A stretch of DNA of 64,000 nucleotides from Oligoflexia bacterium (GTDB lineage: Bacteria; Bdellovibrionota_C; UBA2361; JBGSMV01), in assembly GCA_019694515.1 (NCBI GenBank), contig JAIBBU010000014.1, forward strand, positions 2,286 to 66,285, written 5' to 3'. Position 1 is the first letter of the stretch, and each line of letters opens with the position of its first letter. The notes under the pieces were generated by a model that saw only the letters and a list, made by a program, of their open reading frames with translations, was not told the origin of the DNA and searched no databases. The translations under genes and the position numbers were made by a program. Positions 1 to 8,580 of this stretch are shown piece after piece.

Positions 1-2859
1 TTGCGGGCCGAACGCGACGAATGCGAGTTGATGCTGGAGGACTACCTTGAACAGATGCAGGGATTTGTCACCATCTTTATAGCACCGTCGGCAATCTCAG
101 ATTTCGAGTCTAAATCCTTTTTGGATGGCTGCCGCAAAATTAAAGACCAAGCGACCAGCCGCGAGCTGGTTTATACGGCGCTAAGCAAAAACTATTTAAA
201 CCATAATGATGCGATCCTCAAAAAGCTCTTATGGCTCAGCCGACTTTTAGAGATCGATCCAGTAGCCACCGGCAATGTTTACTATCACGCTGCAGGAAGA
301 AAGCCGTTGCAAGATGTTTTGACCTGCGTGCGGCACGGCACAACGGTGCAATCGGCAGGTTTTCTATTGGCGCAGAACTCTGAGCGATACCTAAAGGCAC
401 CGGCTGAGATTGCGCGTCTTTTTCGTGAAATGCCGGAAGCCGTCAGCCGCACCATGAAAATTGCGGAGCTTTGCAGTGGTTTCTCGCTGCCACAGCTAAA
501 ATACGAATATCCGGATGAAATTTGTCCACACCACAAAAGTCCCGCTGAATATCTAAAGGAGCTGACCTATCAGGGGGCCCAAGAACGTTATCCCGCAGGC
601 ACACCTACGAACGTGCTGGCGTTACTGCAGGAAGAATTTGAGTTGATTAGGGAGCTTGATTACGAAAAATATTTCTTAACTTGCTTTGATATTGTCAAAT
701 TCGCCCGCAGTAAGGGAATTCTCTGTCAGGGACGCGGCGCCGCAGCTAATTCAGCGGTATGCTTTTGTTTGGGCATTACCTCAGTTGACCCTCAAAAGAT
801 CGATCTTTTGTTTGCGCGCTTCGTAAGCAAAGAGCGCAACGAACCTCCTGATATAGATATAGACTTTGAACATGAGCGACGAGAAGAAGTAATCCAATAT
901 ATTTACGGTAAATATGGACGCGCCCGCGCGGGCCTGACCTGCGAAGTCATCACTTATCGGCACAGAAGCGCGGTTAGGGATGTGGGGAAAGCTCTGGGAT
1001 TACAAGCTGCCGAGGTCGACAAAATTGCCAAGTCGATCTATCGCTGGACGGGCTGCACCGTAACAGCCCGGGACGTGCGTGAACTAGGACTAGATCCGGA
1101 CAGCATCACTGTCCGCAATACCTTCGAGCTTACCAAACAGTTGATTGGATTTCCGCGCCATCTCTCACAGCATGTAGGTGGTTTTATCATCTCCGCACAG
1201 CCGCTTTGCGAAACAGTGCCGATTAGAAATGCCGGCATGCCCGAGCGCACCATGATTGAATGGGACAAAGATGACATTGAAATTTTAGGCATGCTTAAGA
1301 TCGATGTGCTAGGGCTTGGCATGCTTAGCTGCATTCGCAAAGCGCTCTCATACATAAATCATCATCGGCTCAAAACAGGAGAGGCTGCAGTGCAGCTGCA
1401 CAACCTTCCGGCTGATGATCCTGCGGTCTACGATATGATTTGCGCCGCCGATACGGTCGGCGTTTTCCAAATTGAATCACGCGCCCAAATGTCGATGCTT
1501 CCGCGATTACGGCCGCGCTGCTTTTATGATCTAGTAATTGAGGTCGCAATCGTAAGACCCGGTCCGATTCAGGGCAACATGGTGCATCCCTACTTGAAGC
1601 GCCGCAATGGCATTGAAACCATCAGCTACCCCGATCGTCGAGTCGAACAAATTCTTGGAAAAACCATGGGAGTGCCCCTTTTTCAAGAGCAGGCCATGCG
1701 GCTGGCAATTGTCTTGGCAAATTTTACTCCCGGAGAAGCCGAGCAGCTGCGGCGCGCTATGGCTAGCTGGAAGAGAGATAAGGGGGTGATTGCGATCTTT
1801 CAGGAACGCATCGTTCGCGGCATGTTAAAAAGCGGCTACTCTTTGCAGTTCGCCGAAAGCTGCATGAACCAAATTAAGGGATTTAGTGAATACGGTTTTC
1901 CCGAATCGCACGCGGCCTCATTCGCTTTGCTGGTATATGCCTCGTCATGGATTAAACGCTATTATCCGGCTCAATTTGCCGCAGCTCTCATTAATTCTCA
2001 GCCCATGGGTTTCTATTCGGCCTCCCAGCTTTTAAGCGATGCAAAGGCGCATGGTGTCGCGGCGCGGCCAATTGATATTAATTATAGCCAATGGGACTGC
2101 ACCCTGGAAGGAAACGCCATCCGCCTCGGCATGCGCTTAGTAAAAGGATTACAGCAATCCCAAGCTCGGATCATCAGTGATGCCGTCAAAAGCTATGATA
2201 AATTCGTCTCACTACAGACACTCTGGAACAAAACCAGAGGCGCTTCTCCGCCATTGCGCAGATTTTCACTTGAAGCACTGGCGCGCGCAGATGCCTTTCG
2301 GTCTCTGGGCTTAAATAGCAGAGAGGCATTTTGGCAGATTCGATCTCTAATCGAGGATCCGCTGCCATTCGATCAGAAGATTGAGATTAGCGCAGAAAAA
2401 GTCGATCTACCGCTCCAAACTCCGCAGCAATCGATGTTTCAAGATTACAGATTCACCGGGCTGTCTCTGAGGGGCCACCCTATAGGATTCATTAGAACGG
2501 AACTTTCAGGACGAGGCGCTTCGACTAGCGCTGCCCTAAAGAGCATGCGCAGACCCGTTGCAGGACTGCAGGTTAGCGTGGCCGGAATTTCGATCGTTAA
2601 GCAGCGGCCGCATACGGCCAAAGGAGTTGTGTTCGTTTCGCTTGAAGATGAGACTGGCATCACTAATCTGATTATTCGTCCCCCGGTGTTCGAAAAATAT
2701 CAAAAAGAAATTCTGGCCAGTTCCTGCCTGCTGGCTAGCGGGGTCTTGGAACGGGTCGGAGAGGTCGTGTATGTGAATGTCTTTAAAGTAGAAAGCCTCG
2801 ATCAGGAGGTCACGGCCCAGAAGCGGCCCAAGTTCGACTGCAAAAACTACTCGTATTGA
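1..2859 (+). CDS. dnaE2: Error-prone DNA polymerase III alpha-type subunit DnaE2 (ImuC), 5'-truncated by the window edge
   Basis: The frame is open from nt 1 and no PHP-domain N-terminus is visible, so the gene is 5'-partial. Pol III alpha hallmarks are present: GRGAAANSAVCFCLGITSVDP, PDIDIDFEHERREEV (palm Asp pair), VGVFQIESRAQM, PLFQEQAMRLA, GFPESHAASFALLVYAS. The protein ends soon after an OB-fold-like segment with no long tau/beta-binding tail, which is the DnaE2 layout. Confidence 0.85.
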   Translation: MRAERDECELMLEDYLEQMQGFVTIFIAPSAISDFESKSFLDGCRKIKDQATSRELVYTALSKNYLNHNDAILKKLLWLSRLLEIDPVATGNVYYHAAGRKPLQDVLTCVRHGTTVQSAGFLLAQNSERYLKAPAEIARLFREMPEAVSRTMKIAELCSGFSLPQLKYEYPDEICPHHKSPAEYLKELTYQGAQERYPAGTPTNVLALLQEEFELIRELDYEKYFLTCFDIVKFARSKGILCQGRGAAANSAVCFCLGITSVDPQKIDLLFARFVSKERNEPPDIDIDFEHERREEVIQYIYGKYGRARAGLTCEVITYRHRSAVRDVGKALGLQAAEVDKIAKSIYRWTGCTVTARDVRELGLDPDSITVRNTFELTKQLIGFPRHLSQHVGGFIISAQPLCETVPIRNAGMPERTMIEWDKDDIEILGMLKIDVLGLGMLSCIRKALSYINHHRLKTGEAAVQLHNLPADDPAVYDMICAADTVGVFQIESRAQMSMLPRLRPRCFYDLVIEVAIVRPGPIQGNMVHPYLKRRNGIETISYPDRRVEQILGKTMGVPLFQEQAMRLAIVLANFTPGEAEQLRRAMASWKRDKGVIAIFQERIVRGMLKSGYSLQFAESCMNQIKGFSEYGFPESHAASFALLVYASSWIKRYYPAQFAAALINSQPMGFYSASQLLSDAKAHGVAARPIDINYSQWDCTLEGNAIRLGMRLVKGLQQSQARIISDAVKSYDKFVSLQTLWNKTRGASPPLRRFSLEALARADAFRSLGLNSREAFWQIRSLIEDPLPFDQKIEISAEKVDLPLQTPQQSMFQDYRFTGLSLRGHPIGFIRTELSGRGASTSAALKSMRRPVAGLQVSVAGISIVKQRPHTAKGVVFVSLEDETGITNLIIRPPVFEKYQKEILASSCLLASGVLERVGEVVYVNVFKVESLDQEVTAQKRPKFDCKNYSY

Positions 2860-3001
2860 CCGTTCTCCGGTTGGCTAAGTCTTTACATCTATTGAAAAAT
2901 CCGCCGTCTTTTGCCGATTTGGGTTAAGCAACCACTGACCGCAAAGAAGGAATAACTCTTAACAACGATTGAGGTGCTCTTGCACCTAGGGGAAAGAGCA
3001 T

Positions 3002-4096
3002 ATGAGAGGAGCGGGGACGCGGTTATTCATAATTACATTACTGACCGGCATGCTGTATGCCAATGCGGCAGTCGGTGATGTGAGCATCAGCAAGCTCTCG
3101 TCGCTCGGCATTAAATTTGCTCCCTGTCCGAATTACATCGCACATCTACGCGGCGGAATTGCAACTTCGGTGCTAAAGCCGACAACTCTTTGCGTCAAAT
3201 CGGGGGATTTGGCCAAAGCATCAAAATACCTCTTCAAACGCAGGATGGTATTGGATGGGAGTTTTCAGGCAGGTACCGCTTTTGCGGGAATCTATGGACA
3301 GGAGGGCGATGTTCAAACCTTGCCCTTCGAGGTAGTTAACTTTCCGGCCGAGATTTCATTCTATATTGATAATGCCAACGATAAGTCACGCTTCGAGATC
3401 TCGATTATCAATGCCGATACTAACAAAAGCATCAATAGCTACGTGCGCGCTAGAGGATCTGGCCAAGGGCATGTCGCTTGGGCATATCCGGGAAGATATT
3501 ACCTAAAGATACAGGCAGTCGGAGACCCCCAAGAGGAGTTACAGCCGGTATTTGATGTTACTATGCAATATATGGACACGCCCTTCGGTTTTAGCGTCAC
3601 TCGCGACGACATGAAGACTTCGGGCCTGCGAACGATGCCTTGTCCTAAGGCTTTGGTGGACATCAAGACTGGTAATACCTATGCCATCGGCAAAAAATTC
3701 GTGTGCACAAAAGCAGGCGGCGAGGCCGTCACGGACGCGGGCTTTTCCCTCGCCCCACTAAATCTGGGCCACACGATCTTTCTTGCCGACGCGCTCGACG
3801 ACTTTGGATGCGGAGATTCATTATGGCTACCGTTCCGCGTGACCAGGCCGCGCTATATGGACTATTCGGTGGACGATCCGACTTCTGGGAAAGGCAGTCT
3901 CTCAATGAATCTTTATGAATTTACTGCTAATCACAAAGTCACACCGACCTTGGTGCAAGTAAAAGGTAGCATTATGGGGACCACGACTTCCATGAATGCA
4001 CCCGGCGATTATTATATTTTGGGACGAGCGAATTCCTCAAATCCTGAAGCCAATGGTGAGATGTGCTGGGACTACAGCATCGATGAGGAATTTTAA
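3002..4096 (+). CDS. Secreted hypothetical protein with two internal ~170-aa repeats
   Basis: 364-aa ORF with a purine-rich RBS-like GGGGAAAGAG before ATG 3002. It has an N-terminal signal peptide (LFIITLLTGMLYANA). The motifs PCPxx...C(V/T)K(S/A)G and PG(R/D)YY(L/I) each occur once per half. No family recognised. Confidence 0.6.
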   Translation: MRGAGTRLFIITLLTGMLYANAAVGDVSISKLSSLGIKFAPCPNYIAHLRGGIATSVLKPTTLCVKSGDLAKASKYLFKRRMVLDGSFQAGTAFAGIYGQEGDVQTLPFEVVNFPAEISFYIDNANDKSRFEISIINADTNKSINSYVRARGSGQGHVAWAYPGRYYLKIQAVGDPQEELQPVFDVTMQYMDTPFGFSVTRDDMKTSGLRTMPCPKALVDIKTGNTYAIGKKFVCTKAGGEAVTDAGFSLAPLNLGHTIFLADALDDFGCGDSLWLPFRVTRPRYMDYSVDDPTSGKGSLSMNLYEFTANHKVTPTLVQVKGSIMGTTTSMNAPGDYYILGRANSSNPEANGEMCWDYSIDEEF

Positions 4097-4123
4097 AGAT
4101 TCGTCAGCTATCTCCTAAGACCC

Positions 4124-4579
4124 TCAAGAGCTCGCGGGCTGTAAATCGCTAGCCTTAGGCCAAGCTTTTAATATTAGCAAGGTGGCGGCTGCGCCAAAGA
4201 GCATCACCCACCCGCGCTCTCCAGTCTGCATGGTCAGAATCAGACCGGCTACCGCCACGGCCTCACGCAGCGCACTTCCCACAATCAGCGTAATGAAATA
4301 GATCGGAAAAATGGCATCGCTCGACGCCGATGATCCAGAGATGCGTTTAAGCTGCGCTCGAAAAATAAGATCATGAACTTTAAGGGACAGGCCTGCAGCG
4401 AGGATGCCCGCTATTATTAGTGGCCATATGGGGAGCTGGTTTTGCGAGGCCGCCGCCACTCCATCAAAATCAAAGCTGCCGCCAACCAGCATCAAGGCCC
4501 CCACAAACGAGATGAATCCGACACTGATTAACTGGGCTATCCTCAGACGGGGGCCCAGATTTATTTGGTTGGTGTTCAT
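4124..4579 (-). CDS. Small integral membrane protein (about 4 TM), hypothetical
   Basis: I trimmed track ORF 4124..4693 to ATG 4579 (MNTNQINLG...), because the longer form overlaps the 3' end of the upstream gene (stop at 4617). It has hydrophobic helices and is the last gene of a same-strand string with short gaps. Confidence 0.55.
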   Translation of the reverse strand: MNTNQINLGPRLRIAQLISVGFISFVGALMLVGGSFDFDGVAAASQNQLPIWPLIIAGILAAGLSLKVHDLIFRAQLKRISGSSASSDAIFPIYFITLIVGSALREAVAVAGLILTMQTGERGWVMLFGAAATLLILKAWPKASDLQPASS

Positions 4580-4616
4580 AAAATATTTCCTGTGAAGCCC
4601 TGACTCAGAGGCGCAC

Positions 4617-5489
4617 TCAAAAGCCAGGAATCCCAAAAAGCGCATCCGGGGAAGTCCCCTGTTCAGCCAGCAACGTGTTAAATTGTTCGTCATTTAAGAT
4701 CGGACGCAGCTTCGCATTCAGCATTTCACGCTGCTTGTCTTTAATCTCGCGCCCCATCTGCTTCATTTGTTCGAAACCCTGACGCAGCTCTTCCGGGTCG
4801 GCCCCTGCGCCGAAGTGCTTGGCGGTCAATTCGCGCATTTTGGTACGCAGATCTCGACGCCACATCTCAGCGTTTGCATTGAGCTCTTCAAGCGGGCTCC
4901 GAATGTCCTGCTCTTGGGTGGCGGTTAACGCCAGCTTGCGCGCGAGTGTCCCAATCTGCAATTCCAGCCGTCCGGCGCGCTGACGTTGCTCGTCGGCCGC
5001 TCGGCGCGAAAAAAAATCAGCCGTACGTTCTGCTCCCAACACCTCAGTCATAGCGGCACGGAGCTGGGCGTCGGACTCTTCCTGGGATGAAAAGATTGCC
5101 GCAGGCCCGCCACCTGCCGTTCGATCTTCAAGCGCTCGTGTCAGTTCTTCCTGCTCAGTCTCGCTCAAGGCTGTCAGTTTCTGTACTTCTTCTATTTCCT
5201 GCGCAGCTAAAAACCTGGCGCGCTGCTGTTCATTATCGGCTTCCGAGGGCGACCGCGCGGATGCCCTGGAAGGCGAAGGCTGTAGCGGCAAACCTACCCG
5301 ATTACTGTCGGCAGAACTGCCTTCCGCTTGTATTGGCAGCTCTTCCGGCAATGCCGCCTCGCGCGTAGAGACCAAAGATAATTTCTTCCGCAGCGCCGCG
5401 ATATTTTCATGTGCAGAATTTAACTGCTGCAGCAACACGGCGCACAAAATCGCCAATACCAGCGCGATTAGCGGAAAGATTACACGCAT
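4617..5489 (-). CDS. Membrane-anchored periplasmic coiled-coil protein with LTXXQ-like (CpxP/Spy-type) motifs, hypothetical
   Basis: 290 aa with an N-terminal anchor (MRVIFPLIALVLAILCAVLL) and a charged helical remainder. It has one canonical LTXXQ (LALTATQEQD) plus the degenerate LSETEQEEL and LNDEQFNTL. It starts 6 nt after the upstream gene's stop. Confidence 0.6.
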   Translation of the reverse strand: MRVIFPLIALVLAILCAVLLQQLNSAHENIAALRKKLSLVSTREAALPEELPIQAEGSSADSNRVGLPLQPSPSRASARSPSEADNEQQRARFLAAQEIEEVQKLTALSETEQEELTRALEDRTAGGGPAAIFSSQEESDAQLRAAMTEVLGAERTADFFSRRAADEQRQRAGRLELQIGTLARKLALTATQEQDIRSPLEELNANAEMWRRDLRTKMRELTAKHFGAGADPEELRQGFEQMKQMGREIKDKQREMLNAKLRPILNDEQFNTLLAEQGTSPDALFGIPGF

Positions 5490-5495
5490 AGAGCG

Positions 5496-6632
5496 TCAGA
5501 CCTTGGGATCGAGCGGCTGCACACCAAAAGCTTTATCGTGCAGCTCCAACATTCGAGTATCGACGTCCGGGGGGACATTCATGCCGCCGCTCCCAGTATA
5601 CTGTTGAGTAACGACTTCGACATATAAGCGATAGGCGCGTTTCGCCTCATATGAGCCCGGAAATTCACTAATGCATTGCTCCAAATATAACTCTGCCAGC
5701 GCGTCGTTGAAGAATGTGGGTAAGCGGCTATAGGCGAATCCCAAAAGATAGAGAGTTTGACTGCGTTCTTCTGCAGGCTGGCCCTTCTTCGATAAAAAGC
5801 CGTGCAGCATCGCGGTCGCCCGTAGTAACTCCACTGCATCGACCCGATCAAAGAGCGGATCTGGGAGATTAACTGCATCGCGGATCAAACGTTCAGCAAA
5901 GGGGAGGTTATGCTCAGTTTCAGGAGGTTCTTTGGCCCAGTTTTGAAGTGCTACGGTCCAGCTCTTTACTTCGTCTCTCTCATCAGTGGTCAACTTGAGC
6001 GGCGCGGATAGTTCGTTGATCTTGTCGAGAGCGGATTGAGGCTCTCCCTTGATCCGTACAAAAATCACTAACAAGCGCCGGAGTGCACGAATATAGTTAC
6101 GGCTCAGTTTGGCATCTTTTAAAACCGCGATCAGCGCCTGTTCAGCTTCGTTGTATTGTCTTGTGGCGAGATAGAATTCGCCTTTCTGGAAAGTGTCGAG
6201 CTTCATCTTATCTATCGCACCGCCGGCAAACGCGGTCGAAGCTTTGAATGTGACATGGCAGCCGATGCATGAATTAGAAACGGTCCGCAGCCGCCACAAA
6301 GCATAGCTGCGCTTGCCTTCTTTTAGGCGCAGCGCGGCATCGTCCAACATCTCGTTAATCAACCCGAGATTAAAGGCAAAGCCCGGCTCCTGGCGCGCAC
6401 TCTCCGGAAATTTTTCAACAGAATGGAAGTTAGAGGAGAGAGTTTTGATTAGCTTCAAGACCCGATCGGTGTTCTTAGGATCCTCAAATGCTTTTGCATC
6501 GTACAGGTAGGGCTGCAAGTCTCTGAAATTTTGATAAACCCCGCGCATCTCCTTCTTGACCTCCTGGGCAAAGGAGGGAGTAGCGCCAACCAGGACCAAT
6601 CCGAACAATGCTGCTAAGCTGAGCCTCATCAA
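5496..6632 (-). CDS. Secreted cytochrome c'-like (class II, single CXXCH) domain fused to a TPR-like helical domain
   Basis: 378 aa with a signal peptide (LVLVGATPSFA/QE). A single haem-c motif, CIGCH, sits at the end of a ~100-aa helical N-domain, as in four-helix-bundle class II cytochromes c. The C-terminal part is helical-repeat-like. Confidence 0.65.
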   Translation of the reverse strand: MMRLSLAALFGLVLVGATPSFAQEVKKEMRGVYQNFRDLQPYLYDAKAFEDPKNTDRVLKLIKTLSSNFHSVEKFPESARQEPGFAFNLGLINEMLDDAALRLKEGKRSYALWRLRTVSNSCIGCHVTFKASTAFAGGAIDKMKLDTFQKGEFYLATRQYNEAEQALIAVLKDAKLSRNYIRALRRLLVIFVRIKGEPQSALDKINELSAPLKLTTDERDEVKSWTVALQNWAKEPPETEHNLPFAERLIRDAVNLPDPLFDRVDAVELLRATAMLHGFLSKKGQPAEERSQTLYLLGFAYSRLPTFFNDALAELYLEQCISEFPGSYEAKRAYRLYVEVVTQQYTGSGGMNVPPDVDTRMLELHDKAFGVQPLDPKV

Positions 6633-6671
6633 TCCTCACAAATACGGGGGCAAGCCACTTTGATAACAATT

Positions 6672-8555
6672 CTAGGGCGGCAAATCAAAGTCCGAAAGTA
6701 TACGAGGTGGGTAGGCAGCACGCAGCGCGTTTAGGACCGCGCCCAAGTCTATGACTTCCTGTGCTACCGCCCCTGCGACCGGTGAAAGGAACCCAAAAGC
6801 CGCTAAGATCATCCCTAATAGACTTACCGCCATGCCCCCCACGGCACTTTCCAGGGCGATCGCGCGCATCCGCTTGCCTATATGAAAGAATTCATCCAGT
6901 TTTTCGAGGGATGGTTCCATTATAACCACCCCCGCGGCCTCGGAGGTGGCTTCATGACTCTGCCCTAGCGCAATCCCAACCGTAGCCTGGGTTAATGCCG
7001 GGGCATCATTAATGCCATCCCCGATATATACCGTTCTATTCTTTGCCGTTTCGGACGCCACAATTGCGAGCTTTTCCTCGGGACTCTTGTTGCTATACAC
7101 CTGCCTGACTCCGACCTGGTTCGCAAAAAAACGCACCTCGGAATCACGATCCCCGGAGAGCAAAATCACAGACTCGAACGGATGCTGCACTGATAGATGA
7201 CTGATAAACTGCCGGCTCTCTTCTCGGGGCTCGTCGTGAAACCGGCAAAGCGCCGCAAGCTTGTCGTCGATCAACACCACACACTCAAGCCCGCTAGCCT
7301 GCGGAGCTTTTTGATTAAGTTCAGCTAATAGTTCTGCCGTCAGCTTGCTTCGGCCTGTCACCTGGATTTTGCGGCCCTGCACCGTTCCGCTGAGCCCCTC
7401 GCCTGGCTTCTCACTAATTTGCTCGGCCTCGATCCAGGGGACGCCCTCCGCCCTGGCACGTTCCACCACCGCGCGAGACAACGGATGTTTCGAGTATTGC
7501 TCCACGCTGGCAAATAACCGAAGTATCGCTGCGCGGTCGATCTCTCCGAGTCTTACAATTTCAGTCAGTTCTGGCCGGCCATAGGTCAGAGTGCCGGTTT
7601 TATCCAAGATAATAGTGCGGCATTTTTCTATCTGCTCCAGCGATCTTGGGTCTCGAATGATGATGCCGCGCTTAGCCGAAAGCGAGATCGTTCCGATAAT
7701 TGCCACCGGAATGGCGATCAACAAAGGGCACGGCGTGGCAATTACCATCACCGACAAAAAACGCACCGGGTCGGAAGTCAACGCCCAGGTCGCCGCGCCT
7801 ACCAATAAAGCCAACGGCGTATACCAGGCCCCCAATTGATCTCCCAGCCGTCGAATCGAGGGGCGCCGCTGTTCCGATTCCTGCATCACTCGCATGATTT
7901 TCGCATAGCGCGAATCGTGTGCCTGACGGGTGGCGTTTATTACGACCGCCGCCTCGCCGTTAACCGCTCCAGAAATGACAGCTGAGCCGGGAGTCTTGGA
8001 GAGCAGAAACGGTTCGCCGGTGAGGAACGATTCATCCATCACCGTGTGGCCCTCTTTGATCTGCCCATCCACAGGACAAACCTCATGGGGAAAGATAACG
8101 ATCTCATCTCCGATATTGATGGCTTCAACTTTGACATCTTCTATACCGCCGGCGGTGCGCCGGTGCGCGAGTAGCGGCATACGTTTAGCCAGGGCCGCCA
8201 ACACCGAAGAGGCGCGCCGCACCGCAAAAGCCTCCAGAGCTGCACCCCCCGAGAGCATCAGCACGACCAGAGCTCCAGCCAAGTGCTCGCCTAGGAGCAG
8301 CGCTGTTACGATAGAAACGCCGGCCAACAAGTCCGAGCTGAATTCACGATGCAACAGTTTCTTAAGCAAATCGTAAAGTAACGCACCCCCTCCGATTGCA
8401 AGACAAGCGATCAACGGCCACTGCGCCACGGACGGAGAGAGCCCGGTGGCGTATCGCAAAATCAGATATAGTAAGATCGCGCCGAGTGCGCCTAAAGCAA
8501 TGTAACGTTCCTTCTGCACCTGTTGATCTTGCCGATAGACGCGCCAATTGTCCAT
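6672..8555 (-). CDS. Heavy-metal-translocating P1B-type ATPase with a TPCP transmembrane motif and no N-terminal metal-binding domain
   Basis: Motifs LTGEPF (TGE), DKTGTLT, SKHPLS (HP dipeptide) and GDGINDAPAL are present. The TM motif ATPCPLL (TPCP at nt 7725-7736) replaces the usual CPC. The short N-terminus has no CxxC. Confidence 0.9.
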   Translation of the reverse strand: MDNWRVYRQDQQVQKERYIALGALGAILLYLILRYATGLSPSVAQWPLIACLAIGGGALLYDLLKKLLHREFSSDLLAGVSIVTALLLGEHLAGALVVLMLSGGAALEAFAVRRASSVLAALAKRMPLLAHRRTAGGIEDVKVEAINIGDEIVIFPHEVCPVDGQIKEGHTVMDESFLTGEPFLLSKTPGSAVISGAVNGEAAVVINATRQAHDSRYAKIMRVMQESEQRRPSIRRLGDQLGAWYTPLALLVGAATWALTSDPVRFLSVMVIATPCPLLIAIPVAIIGTISLSAKRGIIIRDPRSLEQIEKCRTIILDKTGTLTYGRPELTEIVRLGEIDRAAILRLFASVEQYSKHPLSRAVVERARAEGVPWIEAEQISEKPGEGLSGTVQGRKIQVTGRSKLTAELLAELNQKAPQASGLECVVLIDDKLAALCRFHDEPREESRQFISHLSVQHPFESVILLSGDRDSEVRFFANQVGVRQVYSNKSPEEKLAIVASETAKNRTVYIGDGINDAPALTQATVGIALGQSHEATSEAAGVVIMEPSLEKLDEFFHIGKRMRAIALESAVGGMAVSLLGMILAAFGFLSPVAGAVAQEVIDLGAVLNALRAAYPPRILSDFDLPP

Positions 8556-8580
8556 GGTTCATACTCTAATCCAGGAATAG

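Noticed and set aside
4580-4693. N-terminal extension of the 189-aa track ORF
   Set aside because: It overlaps the 3' end of the upstream 290-aa gene. The internal ATG 4579 begins right before the first TM helix.
7930-8376. 148-aa plus-strand ORF, plus several 60-80-aa ORFs at 7012-7897
   Set aside because: All are antisense to the P-type ATPase, whose motifs (DKTGT, GDGINDAP, TGE) establish the minus-strand frame.
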